DNA of 64,000 bases from a virus (IMGVR_UViG_2574179762_000001:32001-96000); one strand, 5' to 3'. Counted from the stretch's first letter, positions 1 to 9,873 are shown. Translations and numbers: made by a program. Notes: generated by a model not told the origin, from the letters alone.

Positions 1-309
1 GGCGTTTTCCGGCATGATGATCTTGTCACCAGCCATCGCCAGCAGGCTCGCCGCGCTGGCGGCCACACCCAGCACCTTCACGGTGATCTCAGCGCCGGTA
101 GCTCGCAGCGCGTTGTACATCGCCAAGGCGTCGAATACCGAGCCGCCCGGGCTGTTGATGTCCATGTCGATCTTTTTGACCGTGCCAAGCGCCTTCAGCT
201 CGTCGATGAACATTTTGGCCGTGACGCCCCACGCGCCGATCTCGTCAAACACCGAGATTTGAGCGGGCTGGCTGTCGGCCTTTGCGATGATCTTGTACCA
301 GTCTCTCAT
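1..309 (-). CDS. ClpP-like head maturation protease (5' part, runs off window)
   Basis: Manual translation MRDWYKIIAKADSQPAQISVFDEIGAWG...INSPGGSVFDALAMYNAL...VAASAASLLAMAGD. Confidence 0.9.
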   Translation of the reverse strand, partial: MRDWYKIIAKADSQPAQISVFDEIGAWGVTAKMFIDELKALGTVKKIDMDINSPGGSVFDALAMYNALRATGAEITVKVLGVAASAASLLAMAGDKIIMPENA

Positions 310-331
310 GGCAGTCCTTTTTGATGTTGCG

Positions 332-375
332 GATTCTCGGCATCCGCAAGCAATCACGCCTGCGGTTAGATTTCG
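332..375 (-). promoter_or_regulatory. Prophage 1 late promoter motif, copy A
   Basis: Minus strand CGAAATCTAACCGCAGGCG-N15-GCCGAGAATC; same motif and spacing at 2301-2344. Confidence 0.65.
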
Positions 376-377
376 GG

Positions 378-575
378 TCAGTCCTCACCGCCCTTTTCAG
401 GCGCGACCTTGCGCCGCAACTTGTCCCGGATGAAGACATACAACTGCAGGCACGAGAGGATGAACGTCACCCACAGCAGCGCGGCAGGCAGTGCATTCGT
501 GATGATCTGAGTGACGCCGACGACGGCAGCTGCACCGGCTTTGCACAGGTCCGTGAGAAGTTCGGTCAGTGTCAT
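378..575 (-). CDS. Small membrane protein, holin-like
   Basis: 65 aa, hydrophobic core, basic C-terminus; start overlaps portal stop. Confidence 0.65.
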   Translation of the reverse strand: MTLTELLTDLCKAGAAAVVGVTQIITNALPAALLWVTFILSCLQLYVFIRDKLRRKVAPEKGGED

Positions 576-2065
576 TTTTTCGCCTTGTTGGAGTCGGGGT
601 ATTCGCTTGGTGCATTGCCGTCTGGTGCTCCATTGGCGGGCAGCGGGGCCGTTGGCAGGCCGAGCTCTTCTTCCCGCTTCTTATCGGCCGCACGCTCGTC
701 GTCCACCTGCTCGGGGTCGTCGCCGCGCTCGGAGATGACACTGGAGCGCGACCGGAAGCCCGCGGTGACTTCCATCTGCTTGCCCTGCACGTCTTGAACG
801 GGATGGATGTATTGCCAGCCGTGTGGGGCCCATTCGACTGCCTTGGCGTCCTCGGCAACGGACGTCGGCAACGCGCCGACGAGCACAGCCTGGTCAACCC
901 AAGCGTCGCGAACCCGCTGGCAGAACATGGGAATGAGCACATGCCACTGCCGCTGCTCGACAAAGCGGCGGAATTCCTGGATGACGACGCGCAGCGTCCG
1001 GTCAGACACGTTGATGATGTCGCCCGACAGCAGCTCATACGGCACGCCCTGCCCTGCCGCAGTTGCAAGGTGCTGCGTGCGCATATAGTCCGCGTAGGTC
1101 GTACCGGCCTCGGGCGGGTCGCTGAACACCGCCTTCTCGCCTGGCAGAAGCTCCTGCGAGATCCCGGGCTGCAAGGCCGCGACCGGCGTGCCGTCCGTCT
1201 CATAGTTGATCGCCTCGCCCGTGAGCGGGTCGATGCCATCAGGACTCGTGGGCACCTGCTTTTCGATGAACACCGTGAACAGGTTGGCGAGCTTCTGGCG
1301 TTCGAGTACTGCGTCGTCGAAGTCAGCAACGTTCCGCAGACGTGCCAGGACAGACGCGAACTCAGGAACACCGCGGAGCTGGCCGGGGCGCTTCGGCTCG
1401 AAAACGTGCAGGATCTCGTCGGCCGGCACGCGGATCAGTTGCGACTTGTCGATGTTCCCGGCAACAAAGTCGGTCGGGTGAGCTTTGTAGAGCCAGTAGG
1501 CGACGCGGGCGCCCAGGCGATCCAGTTCGATGCCCTGGCGGATCTTGTTGCCCGTCGGCAGACCCGGCCACGAGTCAGTGTCGAATTGCGGGCAGTAGTC
1601 CGACTCGATGACCTGAACCTGGAACGGCACCTCCATCGATCCTTTGCGGCGCCACCGCTTGCGCCCGAACACCTCGCCCGACTCGACCCACGAGCGTGTG
1701 ACCAGCGCCTCCTGCGCATAGAAGTTCAGCACACAGTCGGCATCGGACTGTGCCACCCACCTATCCCATAGGCCGGTAACCATCTCCTTGAGTGCGTTGT
1801 CCTTGATGCGCTTGGCGCGTGGCACGATGCCGGTGCCGACCAGGTTTGTCACCCACCGCTGACCGCCGGCGCTGGCTGTCCAGTCGTTGCGCGCGGCGTC
1901 GCGCGCTCGGTCGCGTACCTTCGGTGCCGAGGTGATTGCCCGATTGGGGCCAGAAGACGGCGGGCGCCACCCGCGCATGCGACGTCCGTTTCCGCCTGCG
2001 TCGTACTGAGCGACGATCGACGAGATAGCGCGGGAAACGCCGTTGCGGAATCGATCAAACATCAC
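572..2065 (-). CDS. Lambda-family portal protein
   Basis: H-F-E-x-x-RPGQLRGVP motif, AAGQGVPYELLSGD, W-x-YIHPVQDV. Confidence 0.95.
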   Translation of the reverse strand: MMFDRFRNGVSRAISSIVAQYDAGGNGRRMRGWRPPSSGPNRAITSAPKVRDRARDAARNDWTASAGGQRWVTNLVGTGIVPRAKRIKDNALKEMVTGLWDRWVAQSDADCVLNFYAQEALVTRSWVESGEVFGRKRWRRKGSMEVPFQVQVIESDYCPQFDTDSWPGLPTGNKIRQGIELDRLGARVAYWLYKAHPTDFVAGNIDKSQLIRVPADEILHVFEPKRPGQLRGVPEFASVLARLRNVADFDDAVLERQKLANLFTVFIEKQVPTSPDGIDPLTGEAINYETDGTPVAALQPGISQELLPGEKAVFSDPPEAGTTYADYMRTQHLATAAGQGVPYELLSGDIINVSDRTLRVVIQEFRRFVEQRQWHVLIPMFCQRVRDAWVDQAVLVGALPTSVAEDAKAVEWAPHGWQYIHPVQDVQGKQMEVTAGFRSRSSVISERGDDPEQVDDERAADKKREEELGLPTAPLPANGAPDGNAPSEYPDSNKAKK

Positions 2066-2274
2066 TTGTACCCCCGGCCGCCGTAGTACATCTGCGTACG
2101 TCGGCGCGGCGGCGTGGGCGTCTGCTCAACCAGCTGCCGCCGCATGTCGTCGCGTGCCTGGATAAGTTCGCCGATCGAGGCGTAGGTGATGCTCTGACTG
2201 CCGAGCGTCACCCGGCGCTCGCCTGCGGCGATGGCCTTGTTCAGCACGTCGATTTCGGATTGGGTGACCGGCAT
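2062..2274 (-). CDS. Head-tail joining protein (gpW-like)
   Basis: AIAAGERRVTLGSQSITYASIGEL; lies between TerL and portal. Confidence 0.85.
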   Translation of the reverse strand: MPVTQSEIDVLNKAIAAGERRVTLGSQSITYASIGELIQARDDMRRQLVEQTPTPPRRRTQMYYGGRGYK

Positions 2275-2300
2275 GGGGTGACCTTGGATGGATGCACGCC

Positions 2301-2344
2301 GATTCTCGGCGGCACACCATCCATGCGCCTGCGGTCAGATTTCG
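2301..2344 (-). promoter_or_regulatory. Prophage 1 late promoter motif, copy B
   Basis: Near-identical to 332-375. Confidence 0.65.
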
Positions 2345-2346
2345 TC

Positions 2347-4479
2347 TCACCCCATGTACGGCGAACGTGAGACGCGGCGACGCCGAGGCTGTTGCGCCGG
2401 GGCTGGAGCGACGGCCGGCGCGATAGGGGTGTTTTCCTGCATCTCCCGCCGATCTTCCCGGGTAATCAGATCGCTGTTCTCGGCCAACGGCCGTGCCCAC
2501 GGCGGGGCCTTGTCCCAATCCTTTAGCTTGTCGAGCGACAGGCGAAGGCAGCCGGCGCGGATGTAGCCGGCCAGGTCGAACGCCTCATTCCGCTTGCGCA
2601 CCTGCTTCCAAACCCCATTCGGCAGACGCACTTCCGACCGGAACATCTCATCGTAGAAGGCCGGCGACAGCCAGCTCGGCAGGTGGATGTATCCGGCGCC
2701 CGCTTTCTGCCGCTTCAAACCGGTGGAAACCGCGTCTTTCAGTAGGTTCGGGTTCAGCATGTAGAGCGGGATGTCCCCCTCTTTCCCCTTCTTCCCGCCC
2801 ACCAGCGACTCGCGGATGATGGGCGCAGTCTTGGTGGAGGCGCCCTTCACGAGCATGACTCGGGAGGCGTAACCCTGAATGCGGATGCGACGGTACCAAT
2901 CGTAGGCCTTGTCCGTAACGCCGTCCTCGCCGCCAGAGTCGACGATGGCGAGCTTGATCTGGAGTTCCTTGCCCTCGATGCTCGTGCGGTACGTCGCGCG
3001 CACGACCCGCTCTGTGAGCAGATCCCAGTCTTCGGCATAGGAAGCGGGGTCGATTGGCGCGAACTCCTCCCCCACGCCCGGCCTCGCGGACTCTGTGATG
3101 GAGTAGCGGTCGATCAGCCATTGCTCCATGTGAGGGCCGATAGCGTGCGCCTGCACCACGAACCGGGCATTTGCGCCACCCTGGACGTCGACCGACGCCA
3201 TCACGCAGCGTGCCTCGTCGGGGATGACATACCGCTGCAAGTCGTCTTCCTTGCGACTGGACGGGTCCGCGCTGTTTCGAGCGGCTTCGGCCAGCAGTCG
3301 GGACATATAAGGCATGCCCTGGTCGACGTTCACTGTGTTCTTCAGCGGTTCCTCGTCGCCGCTTAGCTCATACTGGCGCAGCGCCGTGAAGTAGCGCAGC
3401 AGCAGGGATTTCCAGGACTGGAACGCCGCAGCCACCCCTCCGACCCAGTAGCCCGCTGTTGGGGCGACGACCGCCTCGCCAACAGGATCGTCGTCGATAG
3501 TCAGGCGCACCCCTTCGGGTAGCCAAAGCCCGCAACGATTCAGCATGGGCTTCAGTTTCGGCGCGTGCATGGCACCGCAGTGCGAGCAAATGATGCGGTT
3601 GTACTGGTCTGCCAGCAGGTCCAGACTGTCTTCCCGCACCATCTGCCCGAGTTGGTCGAGCGGCGGCAGATGGAACAAACCCATGCCGGGCTCGGCCTCG
3701 AACCACTCACGGCAGTCGGGGCATTTCCAGTACCAGCGGCGGCGGTCGGAACCGTTGTAGAGGCCGAGAATGCCGTTCGTTGGAGGGGCCTCGTGCGGCG
3801 TGGCCGGCTGCCAGTTGGGGTCGGTGAGATCCCGGCCCGGGGACGACTCGGCCAGCGCCATGCCGCGGGACATGAACGTGGTCGTCCGCTTCAGCCCTAG
3901 CGGAAACGGCGCGCCTTCCCCACCGATGTCGTCCGGCATGCGGTCGAGATCGGTGAAGGCCACGTATCGGTAGGTTGAGCCCGACAAGTTTGAGACGGTC
4001 GGCCAGCCAATCTTCAGCCACATGCCGTGCTTGAACTGCTTGTCATGCACGGTGTCGTCCTGGCTCGCCCCGGACTTCATCTCGGCCAGGCTGGGCGAAT
4101 GCCGCAGCGCCCGGTCAATATCCGTCTTACTGAACTCGCGGGCCTTGTCCTGTGACATCTGCACGAACAGCATATCGCCCGGGTCGTTGACGACTGCATG
4201 CGCCATCCATCCCAGCAGCAGAGCCGCGGTCTTCCCGGTCCGCGCAGGTCCAACAAACGCCAGGGCTTCGTGACGCCGGCTGGCGAGCATGTTCATCGGC
4301 TCGACCATGTACGGCGTCTCGTCGGGCGACCAGGGTGTCGCCGGGCCGCCGGTCTGCTTGATGATCAGGTTCTGCGCCGCGCCCTCGCTCACCGACACCC
4401 GCTTCGGCGGCCGGAAGGCGGCATAGGGGCTGATGACATCGGCTAGCGCCACGTCGTAGTGTTGGAAGTCGTCAAGCAT
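2347..4479 (-). CDS. Terminase large subunit (GpA family)
   Basis: GPARTGKT Walker A, TPYMVEPM, CPDC Zn motif, VDVQ, NEAFDL; start reassigned to MLDDFQ. Confidence 0.95.
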   Translation of the reverse strand: MLDDFQHYDVALADVISPYAAFRPPKRVSVSEGAAQNLIIKQTGGPATPWSPDETPYMVEPMNMLASRRHEALAFVGPARTGKTAALLLGWMAHAVVNDPGDMLFVQMSQDKAREFSKTDIDRALRHSPSLAEMKSGASQDDTVHDKQFKHGMWLKIGWPTVSNLSGSTYRYVAFTDLDRMPDDIGGEGAPFPLGLKRTTTFMSRGMALAESSPGRDLTDPNWQPATPHEAPPTNGILGLYNGSDRRRWYWKCPDCREWFEAEPGMGLFHLPPLDQLGQMVREDSLDLLADQYNRIICSHCGAMHAPKLKPMLNRCGLWLPEGVRLTIDDDPVGEAVVAPTAGYWVGGVAAAFQSWKSLLLRYFTALRQYELSGDEEPLKNTVNVDQGMPYMSRLLAEAARNSADPSSRKEDDLQRYVIPDEARCVMASVDVQGGANARFVVQAHAIGPHMEQWLIDRYSITESARPGVGEEFAPIDPASYAEDWDLLTERVVRATYRTSIEGKELQIKLAIVDSGGEDGVTDKAYDWYRRIRIQGYASRVMLVKGASTKTAPIIRESLVGGKKGKEGDIPLYMLNPNLLKDAVSTGLKRQKAGAGYIHLPSWLSPAFYDEMFRSEVRLPNGVWKQVRKRNEAFDLAGYIRAGCLRLSLDKLKDWDKAPPWARPLAENSDLITREDRREMQENTPIAPAVAPAPAQQPRRRRVSRSPYMG

Positions 4480-4861
4480 CGTTGGACTCCATCCGCTCAA
4501 AGACGGCAGCCAGCTCGCCAAGCGCCTCATCAATCTGTCGCCCCACTTCCTCCGCGACTTCCGGCGCCAGAGCGAGGCGGCGCTCGAGGTGATCGGGCAG
4601 CGAGCGCAGAGTCTGGGCAATGGTGGCGTAAGCGGTCGCGGTCGCCTGAATGACCGCAGATCTCGCGACGTATTCGCCACTCTTGATCTTGAACTCCAGC
4701 TCGTTCAGGTCGGCCTTTGCCGATTCGTTACGCGCCCTGGCTTCCTCGAAGTCTTCGATAGCCTCCGGCTTCACGTATTCTTTCGGCTTCCGGCCAGCGC
4801 CAGGGCGGGCGCCCCCGTGGCCATTACCCTTGGCGGCACGGGGCTGCATCGTCTCGCTCAT
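4472..4861 (-). CDS. Terminase small subunit (DUF1441-like)
   Basis: HGGARPGAGRK, EEARARNESAKADL; directly upstream of TerL. Confidence 0.85.
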   Translation of the reverse strand: MSETMQPRAAKGNGHGGARPGAGRKPKEYVKPEAIEDFEEARARNESAKADLNELEFKIKSGEYVARSAVIQATATAYATIAQTLRSLPDHLERRLALAPEVAEEVGRQIDEALGELAAVFERMESNDA

Positions 4862-5112
4862 TAGCTCCCGCCCCCTGCGCCAGTGCCGTCAGCCGGGGAA
4901 ACGCTGGCCACAGGACCGGTCAGCCAGGCATGCAACTCGGTCGCGCGCACGAAGGCAAGGCCGCGTTCGCCCAGCTTTACCAGATTGACGGGAATGTCTC
5001 CCCGCTTGATCGACGCCTCCAGCAGGTCAACGGAAATGCCGACCACGGCTGCGGCTGCGGCGAGCCGGTAGAGGCCAGGTGGCGCGGACGGCGCGACTTG
5101 ATTAATTTCCAT
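4861..5112 (-). CDS. Small winged-HTH / excisionase-like protein
   Basis: LYRLAAAAAVVGISVDLLEASIKRGDIP; coupled to TerS. Confidence 0.6.
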   Translation of the reverse strand: MEINQVAPSAPPGLYRLAAAAAVVGISVDLLEASIKRGDIPVNLVKLGERGLAFVRATELHAWLTGPVASVSPADGTGAGGGS

Positions 5113-5118
5113 GCCCGC

Positions 5119-5162
5119 ATGGTGCGATTTTCAGTGCTGGGGCGTCCTGCGGCTGGATTTCG
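5119..5162 (-). promoter_or_regulatory. Prophage 1 late promoter motif, copy C (degenerate)
   Basis: cctgcggctggatttcg matches copies A/B; upstream of the terminase operon. Confidence 0.5.
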
Positions 5163-5502
5163 GGGGCTAGAGAGAATGTTTCGGGGCTGCGGCGCCCGTT
5201 TCACGGTTAAGCCATGGGAATTGCTGCCCGAATCAAGTTTGAAAACCCGAAAAACCCCCGCAGGCCGCGGCTCTTTGGCCCCGCACGTAGCATTTCCCCT
5301 ATAGGGACCCCAGCGATTGGCCGTGCCCTGGTTCAAAATAGCCGCCCGAAGAGCTAACAGGGGCCGATGTCTGAGGCGGGGCGACGGCACCCCAGATTTC
5401 TGGCGGCAGCAGACTGGCTACCTCAGTAGCGGTTGCGCGTGCTCGACACACGCTTGACCGAAGTGGGTGGTAACGACCGACGGCTTACAGCCGACCCTTC
5501 CA

Positions 5503-5671
5503 GACCGATTCTGTTGAAAAACTCGATCCGCCCCTTCAGAAGGCCAGACCTGTCAAAACTTGACCTCTCAGATCGGCCTGTATTGAATGATCGTTGATCG
5601 GTTGAGGGGGTTGGGTACCCCCGAAATCCCGTCGGAAACCGATTCTGTCGAGTTTCTCAACAGAATCGGTC
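5503..5671. mobile_element. 169-bp MITE-like element with 24-bp terminal inverted repeats
   Basis: gaccgattctgttgaaaaactcga (5503-5526) and tcgagtttctcaacagaatcggtc (5648-5671), 1 mismatch; no ORF. Confidence 0.7.
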
Positions 5672-5889
5672 ATTTCCGGTCATTCGAATTTCAACCATAA
5701 TGAACGCTACCGAACTGGCTTCCGCGGATGTCGCTCCAGACGCGCCCTGCGCAGACGTGAGGCAAGGTCCTGTCGCCCAGCAGTGAGGCGAGTTCCCAGT
5801 GATTGCCGCAAGAATCAAGTCTTTCATTCCGCGCGACAGCGGCAGCATCGGATTCCAAGGGCCGACTGGCGTTCCGTTATCTTCCATGC

Positions 5890-7089
5890 TCATGAGCATT
5901 TAAGGGTAACTAAGAAGCAAGCATTGTTCGCGTTAATATGCTGCCCACTCCCCACGAAATTATTCAGATTTGTGGGCTGAAAGAGATACGATCCAACCAG
6001 AGGAAATAAAAAAGGAGTTGTCGGATTGACGTGCACTGGAAAATTTCGAACTTGGCCATCTGGATCAGTTTTTTGGCAGGCCCAGTCAGCATAGCCACCA
6101 CCAGTAAAACATTCGACAGTCCTAATAGATGTCACAATTATCGATGAGCTGTTAGTGAATTTAGGAATATCAAGAGACCAAATGAAATTCGTTTCGCTTG
6201 AGCCCGTGGCACTTAGCAGTCGCGTACTGCCGGTATCAACTCGGTGGATGTGCACGCTGTCTTTAGACGTGCAATCCGCGTTGTCCACGACGCTTAAAGT
6301 GTAATCTACATCTGGCGGGGCGGGGGATGCAGTTACACCTGCAAGCACGGGTGGATTTTTCCCAAGAAAACCTGTGATATTTTGGAGGCCGGGAGCACTA
6401 ATCTCTGCCGAAACTGCACTTTGCTGATTATCGATAACCCAATATAGCGCAAACTGATCTTTTGGACAGACCCAAGCTTCTTTCGGCATGTAATAGCGTG
6501 CCTGCTCCCGCTCGCCTGCTGTAATATCGGCTAAAGTGACATACAAGTGAGCAGTCGCGGAGCAACTGTGTTTGCTATTATGCCCCGAGGCCATCGGTTC
6601 CGCGAGTATTCCTGCAGGAAGGTTCGATCGCAGCGTGAAAGGATCCCCGTGGGCTTCAACGAGACGCCCCTCCTTCATGCTTAACTGCCCTCGCTCGATG
6701 ATTGAAACTCTAATCGGGCGGGTAATGCCGAGTCGGGCCATTTGATGAATTCGCGCTGGGTGCAGCGTAAACGCGAATGTCAGGTGAAACTCCTCCGTCT
6801 CCCGATTCAAAATACCGGTGCAGGCGGGCAAATCGAAGTCCTCCCTGGTCGTTACCAGATCTTTAACCTCAACCACACTTCCTTGTGGCAGCGCGATCTG
6901 AAACGGGTCCCATTGCAAATCTACATCTGCCAAACGGATGGGGGTCAGGGGAGAATGTAAGGTAGGCTCAAACAGAATCGTTATTGTGCCGCAACCCTTT
7001 AGGTCAAGTTTGCCGCCACCGAGTCTCTGCCCAAGCTGAAGATGTGGGGTTGAACAAATAGAAAGTTTGCTAGTGAACGTTAGCGGCAT
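5890..7089 (-). CDS. Moron: 399-aa beta-rich hypothetical protein
   Basis: Long ORF in a low-GC island, GGAG RBS, no family recognised. Confidence 0.8.
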   Translation of the reverse strand: MPLTFTSKLSICSTPHLQLGQRLGGGKLDLKGCGTITILFEPTLHSPLTPIRLADVDLQWDPFQIALPQGSVVEVKDLVTTREDFDLPACTGILNRETEEFHLTFAFTLHPARIHQMARLGITRPIRVSIIERGQLSMKEGRLVEAHGDPFTLRSNLPAGILAEPMASGHNSKHSCSATAHLYVTLADITAGEREQARYYMPKEAWVCPKDQFALYWVIDNQQSAVSAEISAPGLQNITGFLGKNPPVLAGVTASPAPPDVDYTLSVVDNADCTSKDSVHIHRVDTGSTRLLSATGSSETNFIWSLDIPKFTNSSSIIVTSIRTVECFTGGGYADWACQKTDPDGQVRNFPVHVNPTTPFLFPLVGSYLFQPTNLNNFVGSGQHINANNACFLVTLKCS

Positions 7090-7943
7090 GGCTTTGTCTC
7101 CGTTTTCCCTGAAATCCGGACAGTTGTCTCATCGGTTTGCGCAGGCCCATCCCGGATGGAGCGTGCCCAGCGCCCCTCGCTGCGAGTATTGCATCGACAA
7201 ACGCGACCTCTTCGGTCGACTCTATACCTTCCTTCGCCGCCGCATAATTACCTCCTCCATGAACATTCAAAACCGTGCTAACGTGTACGCGTCGCGCAAA
7301 TCAAACCATGGGGAAATCACACCGCAACTTGCAGGCGGCGACATACGGCCCCTCTTCTTGAATTCCCCGTATTTGTTTAGGTCGTTAAGCTTCGGGCTAA
7401 AACTAGATTCCTGCACATTTAGCGCCGCATCCAAAATTTAGACTCAATATAGTTGCCACCTATACGTACTTCAAGGGCCAGTTCACACTCGTTTCTATCT
7501 CGAATTGACGTTGGTGCGATAGTTGGCGCCAATGAACCAGAAATTTGTGCACGGTAGTCGATAAATTTTCATTGGATTTTCAAAAATGGAACACTCTGAA
7601 AATTACTTAATTCTGTAATAAATATAGAAGAGCGGCGCAGATTTCCAATCTGTCAACACTAGCCGCGGGGAGGCGACCGACGTATGTTTTACAGCGGCCT
7701 AGCAGCAGGTCGCTGAAATACTCTGCCGGAGCGGTCTCCAGCTATGTATAGATGGTTGCGCTATTCTTGTTGCTTCCGTCGCGACGGCAATCCGCGGAGT
7801 TTGCTGCTCGGCGGCAGTCGGCCCCGTTCCTGCGCAACGCCGGCACCCAGACAGCCCTTTCCTTCCCGTCCCGCAATTTGGCGAAGATCCATAAAGGCCG
7901 CTGACTGGTGGGCTGGAGAATTGCGTCAGGTAGGGCGCAGGAC

Positions 7944-8414
7944 TTAGGAGAGTGGCAGAGTCAGTTGAGCGGCGGGGCTGGCTTGGTCGGGTCGCTCGGC
8001 TTGGGCTGTGCTGCGCGGTATTCGCCCTCGGGCCCGCAGGATCATTGGGATCAGCCCCTTGCTCTCGACATGGGTGCGGAGTTGCTGTACCCGGCGCTCG
8101 GTGATACCGAACTCCGCGGCGATCTCGCGCGTACCCGCACCATGTGCCAGGCGTTCCGCGATCAGGCGGTCGCGCCGGTCCATCGCTTCCAGGTGTCCGC
8201 CGGGAATCCACAGTGTCTCGCTGCCGTATGCGGCAACCAAGCGGCGGAAGGCGGCATGCCCGATCAGCCGGGCGACCGGGTGACTCTTGTCGGCCGTGGC
8301 AGGGATATATACGTTGGCGCCACCGAACCAAGCCACCAGCAGTGAGGTGGCCGTGTAGCCAATCTCAGCACTCACATCCTCCAGCACTCCGTTTGCCTTG
8401 ATTCTGTCCATCAT
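7944..8414 (-). CDS. Mor/C-family transcription activator
   Basis: FGGANVYIP...YGSETLWIP...RDRLI...HTH (EIAAEFGITERRVQQL). Confidence 0.8.
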   Translation of the reverse strand: MMDRIKANGVLEDVSAEIGYTATSLLVAWFGGANVYIPATADKSHPVARLIGHAAFRRLVAAYGSETLWIPGGHLEAMDRRDRLIAERLAHGAGTREIAAEFGITERRVQQLRTHVESKGLIPMILRARGRIPRSTAQAERPDQASPAAQLTLPLS

Positions 8415-8422
8415 GTCCCCGC

Positions 8423-8839
8423 TCAGTCAAAGACAACCCCGTAGGTGGAAGCGGCGTGAGCCTCGACCTGCCTTATGTATTCCGCCATGGCGCCGACAGT
8501 GATCTCGCCGCGGGCGATTGATGGCTCGACCAGCACTACTCGGCCGTCCTGCAGGCGATGTTCCTCCGGTGGCAGGAACCGCTCCTTCATGTGCTTGTGC
8601 CACGTCGCCTTGCTGAACCGGCAACCAACGACCACCGCCTGCTCGGCGATCGGCTCGATCACCGCCACCCAGTAGAAGCGGACCTGCTCTTCCGTGCGGT
8701 CAGCACCGTCGTCCACCAGGATCACCCTGAGGGGGCGGCCGTCGCTAGCCATCGCCGGCGCCGCCGCCTTGACGGTGGCTATCACCGCCTGCCAGTCCGC
8801 CCGGCCCCGGAGGGTGAACTCCCGGTAGACCTCTGCCAC
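8423..8839 (-). CDS. NinB-like recombination protein
   Basis: RTEEQVRFYW...WHKHMKERFL...MAEYIRQVEAHAA. Confidence 0.75.
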   Translation of the reverse strand: MAEVYREFTLRGRADWQAVIATVKAAAPAMASDGRPLRVILVDDGADRTEEQVRFYWVAVIEPIAEQAVVVGCRFSKATWHKHMKERFLPPEEHRLQDGRVVLVEPSIARGEITVGAMAEYIRQVEAHAASTYGVVFD

Positions 8840-8840
8840 G

Positions 8841-9056
8841 TCAGAACGACATACCGACGGCGAAATCGGTGCGCTTCATGTTGTCGACCTTGCGCGCGGT
8901 CTCGGCGCCCAGCACGATGAACTCCTGGCCGGGATGTTCGCGCGCCAGCCGTTCCGCCTCCGTCACGGCGGACTCATAGCCCGGGTGGTGGTACTTTGGC
9001 GGGGTCATCCCGGTGGGCGACCAGACGATCCAGAATTTTTCGGCGCTGTCAGGCAT
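8841..9056 (-). CDS. Phage hypothetical protein
   Basis: KFWIVWSPTG-x-x-PP-x-x-x-H-x-x-YESAVTEAERLA, a common phage motif. Confidence 0.75.
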   Translation of the reverse strand: MPDSAEKFWIVWSPTGMTPPKYHHPGYESAVTEAERLAREHPGQEFIVLGAETARKVDNMKRTDFAVGMSF

Positions 9057-9231
9057 TCTTGCTTCCTTCCTGTTTGGCACGGGCCTCAGTCAGCGTGCGC
9101 GTCTTTGCCACGGCGCACGCTATCTGCTGGCAGCGCATCCGGCTGATTCCGTAAGCGGCGGCTGCGACCGCCAAGGATTTGCCATCAATGACCAGCATGT
9201 GGTGGATGGCGCGGTTTCGGTCTGTTTTCAT
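9049..9231 (-). CDS. Small HTH protein
   Basis: RNRAI...AAAYGISRMRCQQI; overlapping start/stop coupling. Confidence 0.6.
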   Translation of the reverse strand: MKTDRNRAIHHMLVIDGKSLAVAAAAYGISRMRCQQIACAVAKTRTLTEARAKQEGSKNA

Positions 9232-9346
9232 CTCTGCTGCAGGTAGACATCGATTGGACCGAGCTCGAGTACGGCGCGACCGCGAGGCGCGCGCCAGTAC
9301 CCCAATCCCCAGCGGAGCGGGTTGAGCCCGCGGATCTTGATGCGCA

Positions 9347-9873
9347 TCACGCCGCCTCCCGGTCTTCGTCCAGGCCGGCGGCCGGCATGCGGCGCGTGCC
9401 CTCCTTCTTCAGCCGCACGACGTTGCCGGAACGGATCCGCCGGTCTGCCTCGAAGATCGCCGCGGCGTGCTGTTGCTTCGTGACGGTGGCCAGCAGACCT
9501 CGTACAGGGACATCGCCTCGTTGAGCCGCGGCAGGTCGCCGACACCGAGCCGGAGCGCGCGGAGCGCCTTGCACCGCTCGCCAATGTTGATCATGGCGTT
9601 CTGCGCGGCATAAATCACGGCCAAGCCCACCTCTCGGTTGCCGGCCTTCTCACACAGCACCTGAGAGCAGTTCAAGGCGTTGACGATGGTGTGCCAGTCG
9701 TCCTTCGTGGCCTCCCCGCGCGCCAGCGCCTGCACGGACCAGTGCGCGGCGCCGAGGATGGATTCGCGGTCAGACTGTTGCAGGGGCTTGTCGCTGTCGA
9801 ACAGCAGCGCGGCGATGTTCGTGCGCACCTGGCGCGGCCGGTAGGCCTTGTCCCGCTTCTTCTTGGTGGCCAT
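9347..9873 (-). pseudogene. Phage protein with an apparent 1-bp deletion near 9498
   Basis: ORF 9409-9873 continues naturally in the frame of 9347-9574 (LYE|GLLATVTKQQHAAAI). Confidence 0.65.

Noticed and set aside
5190-5330. Exact cos site of prophage 1 (likewise 52310-52400 for prophage 2)
   Set aside because: The position upstream of terS is plausible, but the cohesive end cannot be defined from sequence alone
7070-7270. 66-aa ORF as partner or RiPP precursor of the moron
   Set aside because: TTG start without an RBS; the strong SD inside it serves another frame; no modifying enzymes nearby
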